NCBI GenBank assembly: GCA_963713605.1 | Contig: CAVQMO010000008.1 | Location: 1-17,722, forward strand | Source: an uncultured Nitrososphaerales archaeon | GTDB lineage: Archaea > Thermoproteota > Nitrososphaeria > Nitrososphaerales > Nitrososphaeraceae | Direction: 5' to 3' | Length of the DNA: 17,722 nt | Notes under the pieces: model-generated | What the model was told of the DNA's origin: nothing | What the model saw: the letters and a program-made list of their open reading frames with translations, nothing else | Databases searched by the model: none | Program-made: the position numbers and the translations under genes | Shown: positions 8,215 through 16,773 of the stretch, in pieces | How positions within the stretch are numbered: position 1 is the first letter of the stretch | Layout: the number at the start of each line of letters is the position of its first letter

Positions 8215-8740
8215 CGGCTTCGGTAGATAGATATATGTTGTAAGTATCATCAACAATATGAATCAGATTATTAGTTATTTTTCCATCTAGTGTCGTTAAC
8301 ATCGCAAGTGATCGTAGATTTTAGAACTTTCAAACATGAGCATTTTGCTATGTAACAGCACTATCTTTTTTTACCCCTCTCGAAGACTTTCTTGAGCGCG
8401 TAGCTTATAGCTATGGAAGCAATGAAAGTAAGAATTCTTCCTGCAATTGGCATATCTCCTACGAGAATTTATGCTTCAAAGTATTTAATAACAGCAGCTA
8501 ATTCGAAGACATAAACGGTCATGGACTATAGAGGGATTAATTTAGCTGTTGTTAAGCAGCTCAGAACTAGCAAAGAATGCTTAACCAGACTTGACAATCA
8601 GAACATCGAAAAAATCTCAAAAGATTTCGATAAAAGATGTTATTATCGATGATAGAAAAAGAATTCAGCAACCTTAGAGGATGAAGGCTTTAGTTTTATC
8701 GCCTTACAATTGTTAAATACCATGTAAATGATCACTGATT

Positions 8741-9289
8741 ATGCAATCAACAAAAGTAAGTACTAAGCAAAAGTATGGAGAAATAGAAGAAAATCCTATT
8801 GGGCTACCTGAAAAGTATTGTAAGACTATTGTGAATCAACTTAATGAAGATATTGCCAGTAGTTACATTTTATTCTTACAACTGAGAAAACAACATGTTA
8901 TTATAAAGGGGCCTGACTGGAAACACATACACGATTCATTGGGTGAATATGCAGAGTATATCGGAAAACAAGCGGAAGAATTATCTGAACGTCTGACTGT
9001 TCTTGGGGGACTTCCAATTTCTGATCCTTCAAGGTTTAAAGATATGGCGTACATCGAATTTGAAGGAAATGATATGCTAGATTTAAGAAGAATGCTCGAA
9101 AATGACTTACATTCCGTCCAAAAGGTAATAGATGCATTTAGAGACAGGATAAAGAACGCGTCAGAAAATAGCGACTATGGTACTGAGCATATGTTAAAAG
9201 GAATCATCTTTGAATATGAAGAGATGGCCGACAGACTGGAACACTATCTCGCAAAGGAGAGCCTAGAAAGAAGTATGACTTCTAACTAG
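8741..9289 (+). CDS. dps: DNA protection during starvation protein, Dps/DpsA (ferritin-like)
   Basis: Dps pattern QLRKQH..IKGP.W..IH..L...AEELSERLTVLGGLP; C-terminal DYGTEHML...E..A..LEHYL..ESL as in haloarchaeal-type DpsA; GTTAAATA at 8712-8719. Confidence 0.9.
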   Translation: MQSTKVSTKQKYGEIEENPIGLPEKYCKTIVNQLNEDIASSYILFLQLRKQHVIIKGPDWKHIHDSLGEYAEYIGKQAEELSERLTVLGGLPISDPSRFKDMAYIEFEGNDMLDLRRMLENDLHSVQKVIDAFRDRIKNASENSDYGTEHMLKGIIFEYEEMADRLEHYLAKESLERSMTSN

Positions 9290-9314
9290 GAACTTTGCTA
9301 GTGTGATCCGATAC

Positions 9315-9340
9315 AAACGAGAGATATCACGCTCTTGTTT
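9315..9340 (+). terminator. Hairpin downstream of dps
   Basis: AAACGAGAG / CTCTTGTTT arms (one G-U pair), 8-nt loop, 26 nt after the stop codon. Confidence 0.35.
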
Positions 9341-9409
9341 TCGAGTTGATCAGATCCTTACATACCTAAAAAACCATGTATATATAATGATGTTAAATTA
9401 AAAAAGTCT

Positions 9410-9700
9410 TCAGGCATCATCAAAGTCAGTTTTTAATTTGACAGATTCTTTTATGCTGTTTAATTGAATATCGTCGCTTTTTGTGATTATCCTAGACAAT
9501 GATGGTCTAGCTCCCTCACCTAGTGTAATTGCTTCTTTACCCTTCCTTAAAAGAGAAAATGTGATTCCATTATCCGTGAGTTTTTGTGCAAATTCAGTAG
9601 CAGTTCTTAACTTATCAAATAGGCCGGTCTAGTCATCTGGGACACTGAAGAAAGTGGGTTCTAATAAATCCAGCCTTACTACTGTTCTTTTTTGTAGCAT
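9410..9700 (-). pseudogene. Hypothetical protein gene with one in-frame TAG (not in ORF track)
   Basis: MLQKRTVVRLDLLEPTFFSVPDD*TGLFDKLRTATEFAQKLTDNGITFSLLRKGKEAITLGEGARPSLSRIITKSDDIQLNSIKESVKLKTDFDDA*; TAG at 9629-9631; protein-like composition on both sides of the stop. Confidence 0.7.
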
Positions 9701-9815
9701 GTATACCTAAGTATGGCGTAAATGTTTTTGTTATGTCATGAGTTTTCAAGAATGCTTACTCGAGTTTCTTTTCAATTAACTACTGAAAAGGCAGATATGT
9801 CACGGTAATATCTGA

Positions 9816-9852
9816 GGCGAGAATAATTCCTCTGAAGAGTATTATTCTCGTC
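9816..9852. promoter_or_regulatory. Long inverted repeat in a divergent intergenic region
   Basis: GGCGAGAATAAT...ATTATTCTCGTC (10 bp perfect, plus G-U and G-C) enclosing CTC-TGAA-GAG. Confidence 0.45.
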
Positions 9853-10003
9853 AAATAAATAAATATATTAAATAAGGAACAACAGGTAACTATAAGCGTA
9901 CCAGTAAACGAATGGATACCAATAATTATAGGCAAACAGGCTGGAATAGGATCATTCCTAAAGTAAACCAATCAAAAATAGATGAAGTGTGTAAATCTTA
10001 AAA

Positions 10004-10645
10004 ATGATATTGCATAAAAGGAATCGTTCCCTCTTGAATTCAATAGACAATAAAAGTGGAGGCTTAAATATAGAGGAAGACTCCGTTCTGGGTATATTAG
10101 ATAAATTCAAAGAGCAGTCAAGCTTCGGGGAACATAACATACTGATTTATCCGGATCGATATGCTCTTCGAGAGGTATATTCTCGAGCTTGTAAAATGGC
10201 TCTTGAAAATAATGAAGCAGTCATTATACTTTTGCACAATGAAACTAGAGATGACATTTTAACATTTCTACGAGAGCTTGATATAGATGTACACACTTAC
10301 GAGAAAAGAGAGAGATCTCTGCTCATAATTGATTCTGCTAAAGATTATTTCGGATCTGTAAAGGATTTCTTATTTTATTTGAACCTAATGAATGCAAATG
10401 CATCAAGAAGAAAGAAGCGGGGGATATTAGTCCTGATGGACCATCATCGAATTAGCAATCAAATACAGGATGGAATAAATTCCCTAATGGAATATGAGGA
10501 GCTGATACCGGCTAAACTAGATCTTAATGTCAAGATATTGTGTCTTTATCATATCAAAGATTTTGATATTCTGAATCAAACTGACCAAAAGGAATATTTA
10601 CTCAAATTACACTTTAGACGATTCAAGTTAAAAGGAAGGAAATAA
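10004..10645 (+). CDS. Stand-alone MEDS (DcmR-like sensory) domain protein
   Basis: GEHNILIYPD..ALREVYS, LENNEAVIIL, SLLIIDS..YF, L.EYE, ILCLYH..DF match the MEDS-like pattern. The true start may be TTG 10034 (CTTAAAAA at 9997-10004 is at TATA distance). Confidence 0.75.
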   Translation: MILHKRNRSLLNSIDNKSGGLNIEEDSVLGILDKFKEQSSFGEHNILIYPDRYALREVYSRACKMALENNEAVIILLHNETRDDILTFLRELDIDVHTYEKRERSLLIIDSAKDYFGSVKDFLFYLNLMNANASRRKKRGILVLMDHHRISNQIQDGINSLMEYEELIPAKLDLNVKILCLYHIKDFDILNQTDQKEYLLKLHFRRFKLKGRK

Positions 10646-10853
10646 CGCCCTACGATAAAGTTTCGGATAATATTAATAATAATACTACCCCGCTTCTGTA
10701 TTGACGAAACATCAAATACTAGTAACAATTTCTAGATATTTGTGAATTTAGATTAAAATGTAAAGGTTAACCAATAACTAAGAAAATAGATAGCACAATA
10801 ATAAGATGGCTATTTCTTAATATATTAGTAAACTGTTAGAGATAATACTTAGA

Positions 10854-11234
10854 GTGAGTATGCCTTTAGTATTGATAATAGACGAAGATAAGATAGTAGT
10901 AAACTACCTATATGCCATCTTTAAATTGTCAGGTTATGAAGTCAATATGGCATTTAGCTCTAATGAATGTCTAAGATTTTTAGAGCAATCCAATCCTAGC
11001 AAGATAGATGCAGCATTAGTAGATGGAAAAATAGCTGAAGACAGAGGGGCAATGGTTGTATCTAAAATAAAACAACTCAATAAAGATATAAGAATTCTGG
11101 TCGTAGCCAATAATGATAATCCAAAAAATATAATCTTAGAGTATGGAGCAGATGACTTCCTAATAAAACCAGTGAGCGGAGAAACGCTCCTAAGCAAGAT
11201 AAATATGCTGATTCAAGCTAAGCTTAGTTCTTAG
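10854..11234 (+). CDS. Stand-alone response regulator receiver (REC) protein
   Basis: VLIIDED acidic pocket, LVD phospho-acceptor, GADDFLIKP; the conserved Thr/Ser is replaced by Ala (ILVVA). Start GTG 10854 or ATG 10860. Confidence 0.9.
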   Translation: MSMPLVLIIDEDKIVVNYLYAIFKLSGYEVNMAFSSNECLRFLEQSNPSKIDAALVDGKIAEDRGAMVVSKIKQLNKDIRILVVANNDNPKNIILEYGADDFLIKPVSGETLLSKINMLIQAKLSS

Positions 11235-11405
11235 ATCTGCAATTTGCTGTTATATCTTCTGAGAAATAGGTAGTGAAAACAGAACTTTATGAAAGTATCC
11301 ACTTAGCTATGGTTTTGATGCTTTTCGACAGAAAGCCAACTCAGGCAACTTTAATACTTAAGTACGGCTGGAACACTATATGTTATTGCTTTGAGGTCAG
11401 TAGCC

Positions 11406-11951
11406 ATGCCAAAGCCGTCTACTAGTTGTGTTACTTTCCGATTACCAAGCGAGAAGTTAAGCGAATTACGCAAGGTATCTGAAGCTAAAAATGTCACTCC
11501 TAACACCTTAGTTAACCAAATAGTTAAAGCACATCTAGATTGGCACAGTAGAGCTGCACATGCCAGGCTATACTACTTGCCAAAATCATTTTTGATTAGA
11601 TTAATTAATGAACTTACAGAAGAAGAAATAAGTGACCTGGCTAGGGATACAGCCAAAAATGATCTTGTTGATATAAGTTTGTTTCTACGGGGAGGGTTTA
11701 CAATTGCTTCACTCTCAAATATTACAGAAACTTGGTTAAGAATATCCCAGATGCCATATAGATGTGAGATTAATGGGGATGCTTGTAAGGTTATCATTGA
11801 GCACGATATGGGCATAAAATATTCGTATTTAATTAAGGAAATCTCAAGATACCTTTTGGAAGTAGCGTTTGAAGCCAAATCATCTTGTGACGTTACCGAG
11901 AATGCTGTTATTATTAAGCTTGAACAGCAATTACAAAAAGAAAATCGCTAA
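11406..11951 (+). CDS. Putative transcriptional regulator with N-terminal ribbon-helix-helix
   Basis: VTFRLPSEKLSELRKVSEAKNVTPNTLVNQIVKAHL fits strand-helix-helix; the C-terminal alpha/beta domain (IIEHDMGIKYS) is unassigned. ATG 11406 chosen over TTG 11391. Confidence 0.75.
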   Translation: MPKPSTSCVTFRLPSEKLSELRKVSEAKNVTPNTLVNQIVKAHLDWHSRAAHARLYYLPKSFLIRLINELTEEEISDLARDTAKNDLVDISLFLRGGFTIASLSNITETWLRISQMPYRCEINGDACKVIIEHDMGIKYSYLIKEISRYLLEVAFEAKSSCDVTENAVIIKLEQQLQKENR

Positions 11952-12269
11952 TTATTAACCTTGACTTTGAATTCATTTTCTAATTCTTCCACTAGAAACC
12001 ATTCTCACCGAGTTTCCATCTAAAGATATCGATATGAAATACAAATTGATGAACTTGCTCAACCAGATGGTATACCTATTCATGGAGCGGGAGTAATTCA
12101 TGGTTCTGTTGCTCCATCCATAATGAAGTCAAAACATCAAGACAGTGTTTAAATTATGGCAGAGAAGCAGAACTATACCGTCATTACTAATGGTTTAACA
12201 GTGATATCTAATGTTAGTGGGAGTATGTCGTTTCTATTCAATCCCAGTATACCAACCAATCTATGCCTA

Positions 12270-12380
12270 AACTATGGCGCTGAGCAGATGTTAAAGGGAA
12301 TTATTTTTGAATATGAAAAAATGGCTGACAGACTGGATAAATATCTCGCAAGAGATAGTCCAGACCGAAATATAATCACC
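12270..12380 (+). pseudogene. 3' remnant of a second dps paralogue
   Basis: 12271-12351 matches 9174-9254 at 69/81 nt; NYGAEQMLKGIIFEYEKMADRLDKYLARDS versus DYGTEHMLKGIIFEYEEMADRLEHYLAKES. Confidence 0.85.
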
Positions 12381-12381
12381 G

Positions 12382-13050
12382 TCATAAATTTCGCAACTGA
12401 TTACTCGTAACTTCTAGCTTGACGGTTGAATGAGCTGCATACACCTCTTTTTCATTTGTATCGTGTAAGATAACGGAGCCAGCACCAATTACACACTCTC
12501 TAGCGATTTTAACGCTATTTCTAATAGTTGCGTTCATCCCTATGAAACAGTATGGCCCTATTGTCGTATTTCCGGCTATAGCTGTATGCGAAACTATGAA
12601 ACAATGCTTCATTATTGTTGTATGATGACTTATAACATTCCCTGTCCAAATTATCACATCATCTTCTAGCTTAACAAATGGCTGAATAACATTATTTTCA
12701 AAGATAAAACAATTCTCACCTATCTCAAATTCATCGTTTATAATTGTACTGGGATGAATATAGCTCATCAAATTATACCCTTTATCTTTTGCCTCTTCAA
12801 AGAACCTTGCCCTCTTCCTATTCATATCCGAATATCCGACAGCTATGAACATATCATATTGTTGACACGGATATCTTCTCTCTATATGCTCAAAAGGCTC
12901 AACAGGCAGACCACATAGTATTTTTTCTTTAATGGCCGATTCATTAGCTGAAAAAGCAACCACTTGTAATTTGGATGGATCAATTTTTTTCAAATAAAGA
13001 TATACAATCTGTGCAAAGCCTCCAGTACCAAAAATAACAACTTTCTTCAT
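12382..13050 (-). CDS. NeuD/PglD-like sugar acetyltransferase (left-handed beta-helix)
   Basis: N-terminal VVIFGTGGFA, FIAVGY..N..R, SYIHPS, then hexapeptide repeats (IGENCF, IGPYCFIGMNATI, IGAGSVI). Confidence 0.92.
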   Translation of the reverse strand: MKKVVIFGTGGFAQIVYLYLKKIDPSKLQVVAFSANESAIKEKILCGLPVEPFEHIERRYPCQQYDMFIAVGYSDMNRKRARFFEEAKDKGYNLMSYIHPSTIINDEFEIGENCFIFENNVIQPFVKLEDDVIIWTGNVISHHTTIMKHCFIVSHTAIAGNTTIGPYCFIGMNATIRNSVKIARECVIGAGSVILHDTNEKEVYAAHSTVKLEVTSNQLRNL

Positions 13051-13088
13051 GGCCGTTTTAAGAGAGTTGCATACTTAAAAGCTTCAAC

Positions 13089-13907
13089 TTATGCTTTCAA
13101 TGATAAAGGGTTAGCCCCTGCTACTTTTCTTGAATTAAAATTAACTATCTTGGCTAATTCTATTCCATTGACAAGCTTGACATCCTCTCGAGAAGATAGG
13201 TACTCGAGTATATCTTTGTATTTTCTTCCTCCTTTCATCTTTAGAACATTTGCATGCCAGACTATGGTTATCATATTAAAAATCTTATTGTATTTTCTCG
13301 CACAATCCAATGCATTCATGAAAGTATTGATGATTTTGTCTTCCGATATATGCATATAAGTAAACAAATATGCATCCATTATTGTAATGGGAAATTCGAT
13401 AACATTATTTAGCAAAAAATATCTCCCGGTGTTATTACTTACCCTATTTTTTGATTCTACTACAGAAGAATCGTAGATGAATCCTAACTCATTAAGAATA
13501 ATTGGTAGCCTTTCGCTAAAAGCTAGATAGTGGGAACGGTTAGCTTTTACTGTTTTTTTCGTAAGGTATTCCAGTTCCTTTTTCTCTTCGTACATGCTAT
13601 CGAAATTATTTACTGAAGCTTGATCACAGTGCAATCCTATTTCCCATCCGCCTTTTAATAAGGCCTGAATATCCTGTTCATAATCAACTAATTTGCCATT
13701 CTCATAATTAGTCCTGAAGAAGAAAGTAGATCTTGCCCCAAATTTTTCCTCGATAGTAATATAGTCATTAATATTATTATATGGATTTTGTATATCGATA
13801 TCCCTAATTGTTTCTTGATCAAATCTATCTCTTCTTGCCAGAATGTGATTTCTGCCCGGTCCTTGGAATGACCAATCAACATCATGGCTCAAAAAGACAT
13901 AGTGCAC
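13089..13907 (-). CDS. Polysaccharide deacetylase family (CE4/NodB-like) protein
   Basis: SHDVD, STFFF, WEIGLH, RSHYL, GFIYDSS, EFP, IVWH motifs; GTG start; 38 nt upstream of the acetyltransferase, so probably co-transcribed. Confidence 0.88.
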   Translation of the reverse strand: MHYVFLSHDVDWSFQGPGRNHILARRDRFDQETIRDIDIQNPYNNINDYITIEEKFGARSTFFFRTNYENGKLVDYEQDIQALLKGGWEIGLHCDQASVNNFDSMYEEKKELEYLTKKTVKANRSHYLAFSERLPIILNELGFIYDSSVVESKNRVSNNTGRYFLLNNVIEFPITIMDAYLFTYMHISEDKIINTFMNALDCARKYNKIFNMITIVWHANVLKMKGGRKYKDILEYLSSREDVKLVNGIELAKIVNFNSRKVAGANPLSLKA

Positions 13908-14387
13908 TACAAAAATAAGAGCAATAAAGGATATAATACTTCATATATTTTGTGTGATTACTTGCTCCGTCATCTAGATGATGAATATTACCTATTTACA
14001 CAGTATTGTAGTGTTTTTACAACGTCGCCCTAATCTGATAGAGTAACAATTATTGAAGCTTAACTACGATCAATGATAGTATCGTGATACACTGATATAT
14101 CCACGGTATGGTCTGAAAAATAAAGTTAAATTAAGTTTGGTTAGAACTATGGCGGAAGAGTGGTACTCTGAGACGCATACTTAATACTCTTTGCTTCGCT
14201 CTTCGGCATCGTAAAATATGTCCATGAAAGTATATAATCATTATATCAACAGATATCTAACAACTATTCTCATACTAGTACCTAATGAGACCTGTAAATC
14301 TAGTGTAAAATACTGCAAAGCACCGATTCCAGTCAAGACCATTACATTAGTTATATATCATGATACACAGTCTTCTATTAGATTTCA

Positions 14388-14630
14388 ATGAGTGGTGACG
14401 AGCAAAGTACTGGAAGTTCTGGAACACCAACTAGCAATAGTTTCTCGAAACCTGTAGAAGTAGCCAAAGAATATATAGTAGATATAATTGGAACAGGTAA
14501 GTCGGGAGATGGTATCGCAAAAATCAAGGGTTTTGTAATTTTTGTAAAAAACGCAAAATCTGGGGATAAAAACATAAAGATTAAGATTGATTCCGTGGGA
14601 AATAGCATTACGCTGTGCAGGTGGATTTAG
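14388..14630 (+). CDS. Single TRAM-domain protein (putative RNA chaperone)
   Basis: KPVEV.KEY.VDI...GKSGDGIAKIKGFVIFV..AK.GD..KIKI..VG; TTATATAT at 14351-14358. The last strand (ITLCRWI) is atypical. Confidence 0.85.
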   Translation: MSGDEQSTGSSGTPTSNSFSKPVEVAKEYIVDIIGTGKSGDGIAKIKGFVIFVKNAKSGDKNIKIKIDSVGNSITLCRWI

Positions 14631-15149
14631 CAACATACATGTCTCGATCCACATTCTGCACTATTAACTTGCTTGTCTGAAATATTACGTTACCTATTTG
14701 TGTGAAGAAAATACTGCATAACAGGGTGTCCATTCCTCCTGGGCAAATCTAGTTGAGACACCGATTGTAGTCAAGAGTTCAGATCGCTTCAAGAATTAAT
14801 AGAACATGATAGCGATCGTAATTAATTTAATCTCGAGAAATGGTCAATCGATTATGTGATCGGCAAACATTGCAATTTTAGTCCCCAAATGCGAATTGAA
14901 AAAAACTCTCAAGATTAAATATCCGTTGGTTTGGAGTCGGACTCGTGAGACTCGTATTCGGGTGCTGGAATGTCTCGCTTGTCTGCTATGCTTGCATTAC
15001 CATTAACGGCAGCTGGCGTTTGTCGGATCTTGCACTTCGAAATATACTACTAATAATTACAGAACTGGCCATAAACACAACCACAAGCCCCGTTAGCAGT
15101 ACATTACATAATATGTTACTATTATATATTATGTCAGATATGAGTTAGT

Positions 15150-15842
15150 ATGACGGCACAAAGTAAGATGGATTGGAACGATGCTATCAAGAAAGAAGCT
15201 AGAGGCACAGATGACGTAGACTTGGGAGAGGTACAAGAGGTCGGCACTACTTATGTTCGCACAAAGAAAGGTCTTATAAGCAAACACGATTATTATTTAC
15301 CCAAATATCTAGTTGAAGGGTACGACGGTGACAAAGTACATTTCAGAATAACCCAGGATGATGCGGATAGATTATTCACAAAAGAAAACAATACGCCACC
15401 AACAGACGAGGAATACAGAACCAATTATAGAGATGAAAACCCACTCAAAGATGCATTACCATCAGACATCGAGACAAGGATCCCAGTCATGGGTGAGAGA
15501 TTAGATGTCTCTAAAACAGAAACAGAAAGAGAAGCAAAAATAGTAAAGGAACCAGTCACCGAAACGAAAACTGTTGAAGTACCGGTGACTCATGAAGAGT
15601 TGGTGGTCGAGAAGCATGATGTAACCGGAGATATCCCCCAACAACAAACACCAAGTGATGAACCAGTGACTTCAGAGGAAGAGATTAGAATACCACTGAA
15701 AGATGAGCATGTCAAAGTAACAAAGGAACCGTACGTAAAGGAAGAGGTATCGGTAAAGAAAAAACCGGTAACAGAGACTAGGCAAGTCACTGATGAAGTA
15801 AGAAGTGAAAAGGTAAAAGTCCGTGGAGACTCAACAGCTTAG
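15150..15842 (+). CDS. YsnF/AvaK (DUF2382) domain protein with PRC-barrel-like N-terminus
   Basis: IPVMGERLDVSK, KEPVTETKTVEVPVTHEELVVE, EEIRIPLKDEHVKVTKEPYVKEEV.VKK, VTDEVRSEKV; ATTATATATT at 15121-15130. Confidence 0.92.
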   Translation: MTAQSKMDWNDAIKKEARGTDDVDLGEVQEVGTTYVRTKKGLISKHDYYLPKYLVEGYDGDKVHFRITQDDADRLFTKENNTPPTDEEYRTNYRDENPLKDALPSDIETRIPVMGERLDVSKTETEREAKIVKEPVTETKTVEVPVTHEELVVEKHDVTGDIPQQQTPSDEPVTSEEEIRIPLKDEHVKVTKEPYVKEEVSVKKKPVTETRQVTDEVRSEKVKVRGDSTA

Positions 15843-15846
15843 CAAT

Positions 15847-15864
15847 TGAGAGGAACTACTCTCA
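15847..15864 (+). terminator. Short hairpin after the DUF2382 gene
   Basis: TGAGAG-GAACTA-CTCTCA followed by CTACTTTT. Confidence 0.3.
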
Positions 15865-16081
15865 CTACTTTTGGGATATGATTATTCTGGGACTTATTAG
15901 ACCGGTTTAAGAATAGAGATAGATTTTAGACTTGTTTTGCCATTAACAAGTATCTCCGGTCGCTTTTTTATCTTATGAATATAGACTTTGTAATATTACA
16001 AATTGATATGGAGTTTTAATATAGTTTTTATGATAGACCCACCAATGATATTATCTTCACTTAATATTGCTCCCAATTGAT

Positions 16082-16454
16082 TTGGATCATCTCCTGAGTT
16101 ATTTTGAAACAGAACGGAAGACGGTGATGATATGCGAAGATGAGCCAGATCTTCTAAAACTATTTGGGCTGGCACTTTGAAGAACGGAAACAGGGTAACA
16201 AAATACATCTCTTATTGTTGGATTACAACATAAGTGATATGTCTGGCGACTTTATTGCTCGTAAAATAAATGAGTATACTGGAACAAAAATAATTCTAAT
16301 CTCTGCTTATAATCTGGTTGACTCGCTATTGAAAGAATTGAATGAGAACAATTACATTGCTAAATTCATCAAAAAGCCAATTAATATACGTAGTCTAATT
16401 GAGCTGGTGGCGGGTACAATTAATCAGATTGAAACAGTTTCACAGAATAGCTAA
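16082..16454 (+). pseudogene. Receiver-domain gene with internal deletion and frameshift
   Basis: The TTG 16082 frame gives MDHLLSYFETERKTVMICEDEPDLLKLFGLAL* (beta1/alpha1); the +1 frame resumes FEERKQGNKIHLLLLDY..G..IARKI..IILISAY..FIKKP. The beta2-alpha2 segment is missing at the junction ~16175-16180. Confidence 0.8.
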
Positions 16455-16502
16455 CATTTATGCCAAATAGCTTGTTGGTCATAATATTGAGACAACGAAT
16501 AA

Positions 16503-16730
16503 GCAAGCAGCGGTACCTCAAACAACAAACTGACTGTCTCTGTCTCTCAGATTCTACGTACATACGGAAAGCAGCTTAAACAGATTACTGAGCGGTATTC
16601 TGATGGCGATAACGGTCGATGTGCAATTGGTATTTTAATGTCTTACTATGGCTGGAACGGTATAGACGATTCTCATGCCACTAGAAAGTTATTGGGCGCC
16701 CTACATCATCAGCAAGTTACATATAATTAA
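16503..16730 (+). pseudogene. Start-less fragment of a hypothetical protein (not in ORF track)
   Basis: 75 open codons: ASSGTSNNKLTVSVSQILRTYGKQLKQITERYSDGDNGRCAIGILMSYYGWNGIDDSHATRKLLGALHHQQVTYN*; globular, protein-like core. Confidence 0.6.
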
Positions 16731-16773
16731 AATAAAAAGATAGTACGTATACTAGGGGTTAAAATAATGCTCT

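Noticed and set aside
8413..8660. Possible third receiver-domain relic (MKVRIL..TSKECL..DVIID)
   Set aside because: Scattered motifs across stops and frames; too degraded to call without an HMM search.
9629..9631. Pyrrolysine/amber recoding
   Set aside because: TAG terminates intact genes in this window and no recoding machinery is visible; nonsense mutation or base error is simpler.
12156..12410. 84-aa ORF as a real gene
   Set aside because: Only its last third is recognisable (the dps remnant); it appears chimeric and overlaps the acetyltransferase 3' end.
14915..15148. 67-aa plus ORF and a minus-strand signal-peptide-like stretch (VLLTGLVVVFMASSVIISS)
   Set aside because: No clear start for the minus-strand stretch, interrupted by stops, and no family evidence on either strand.
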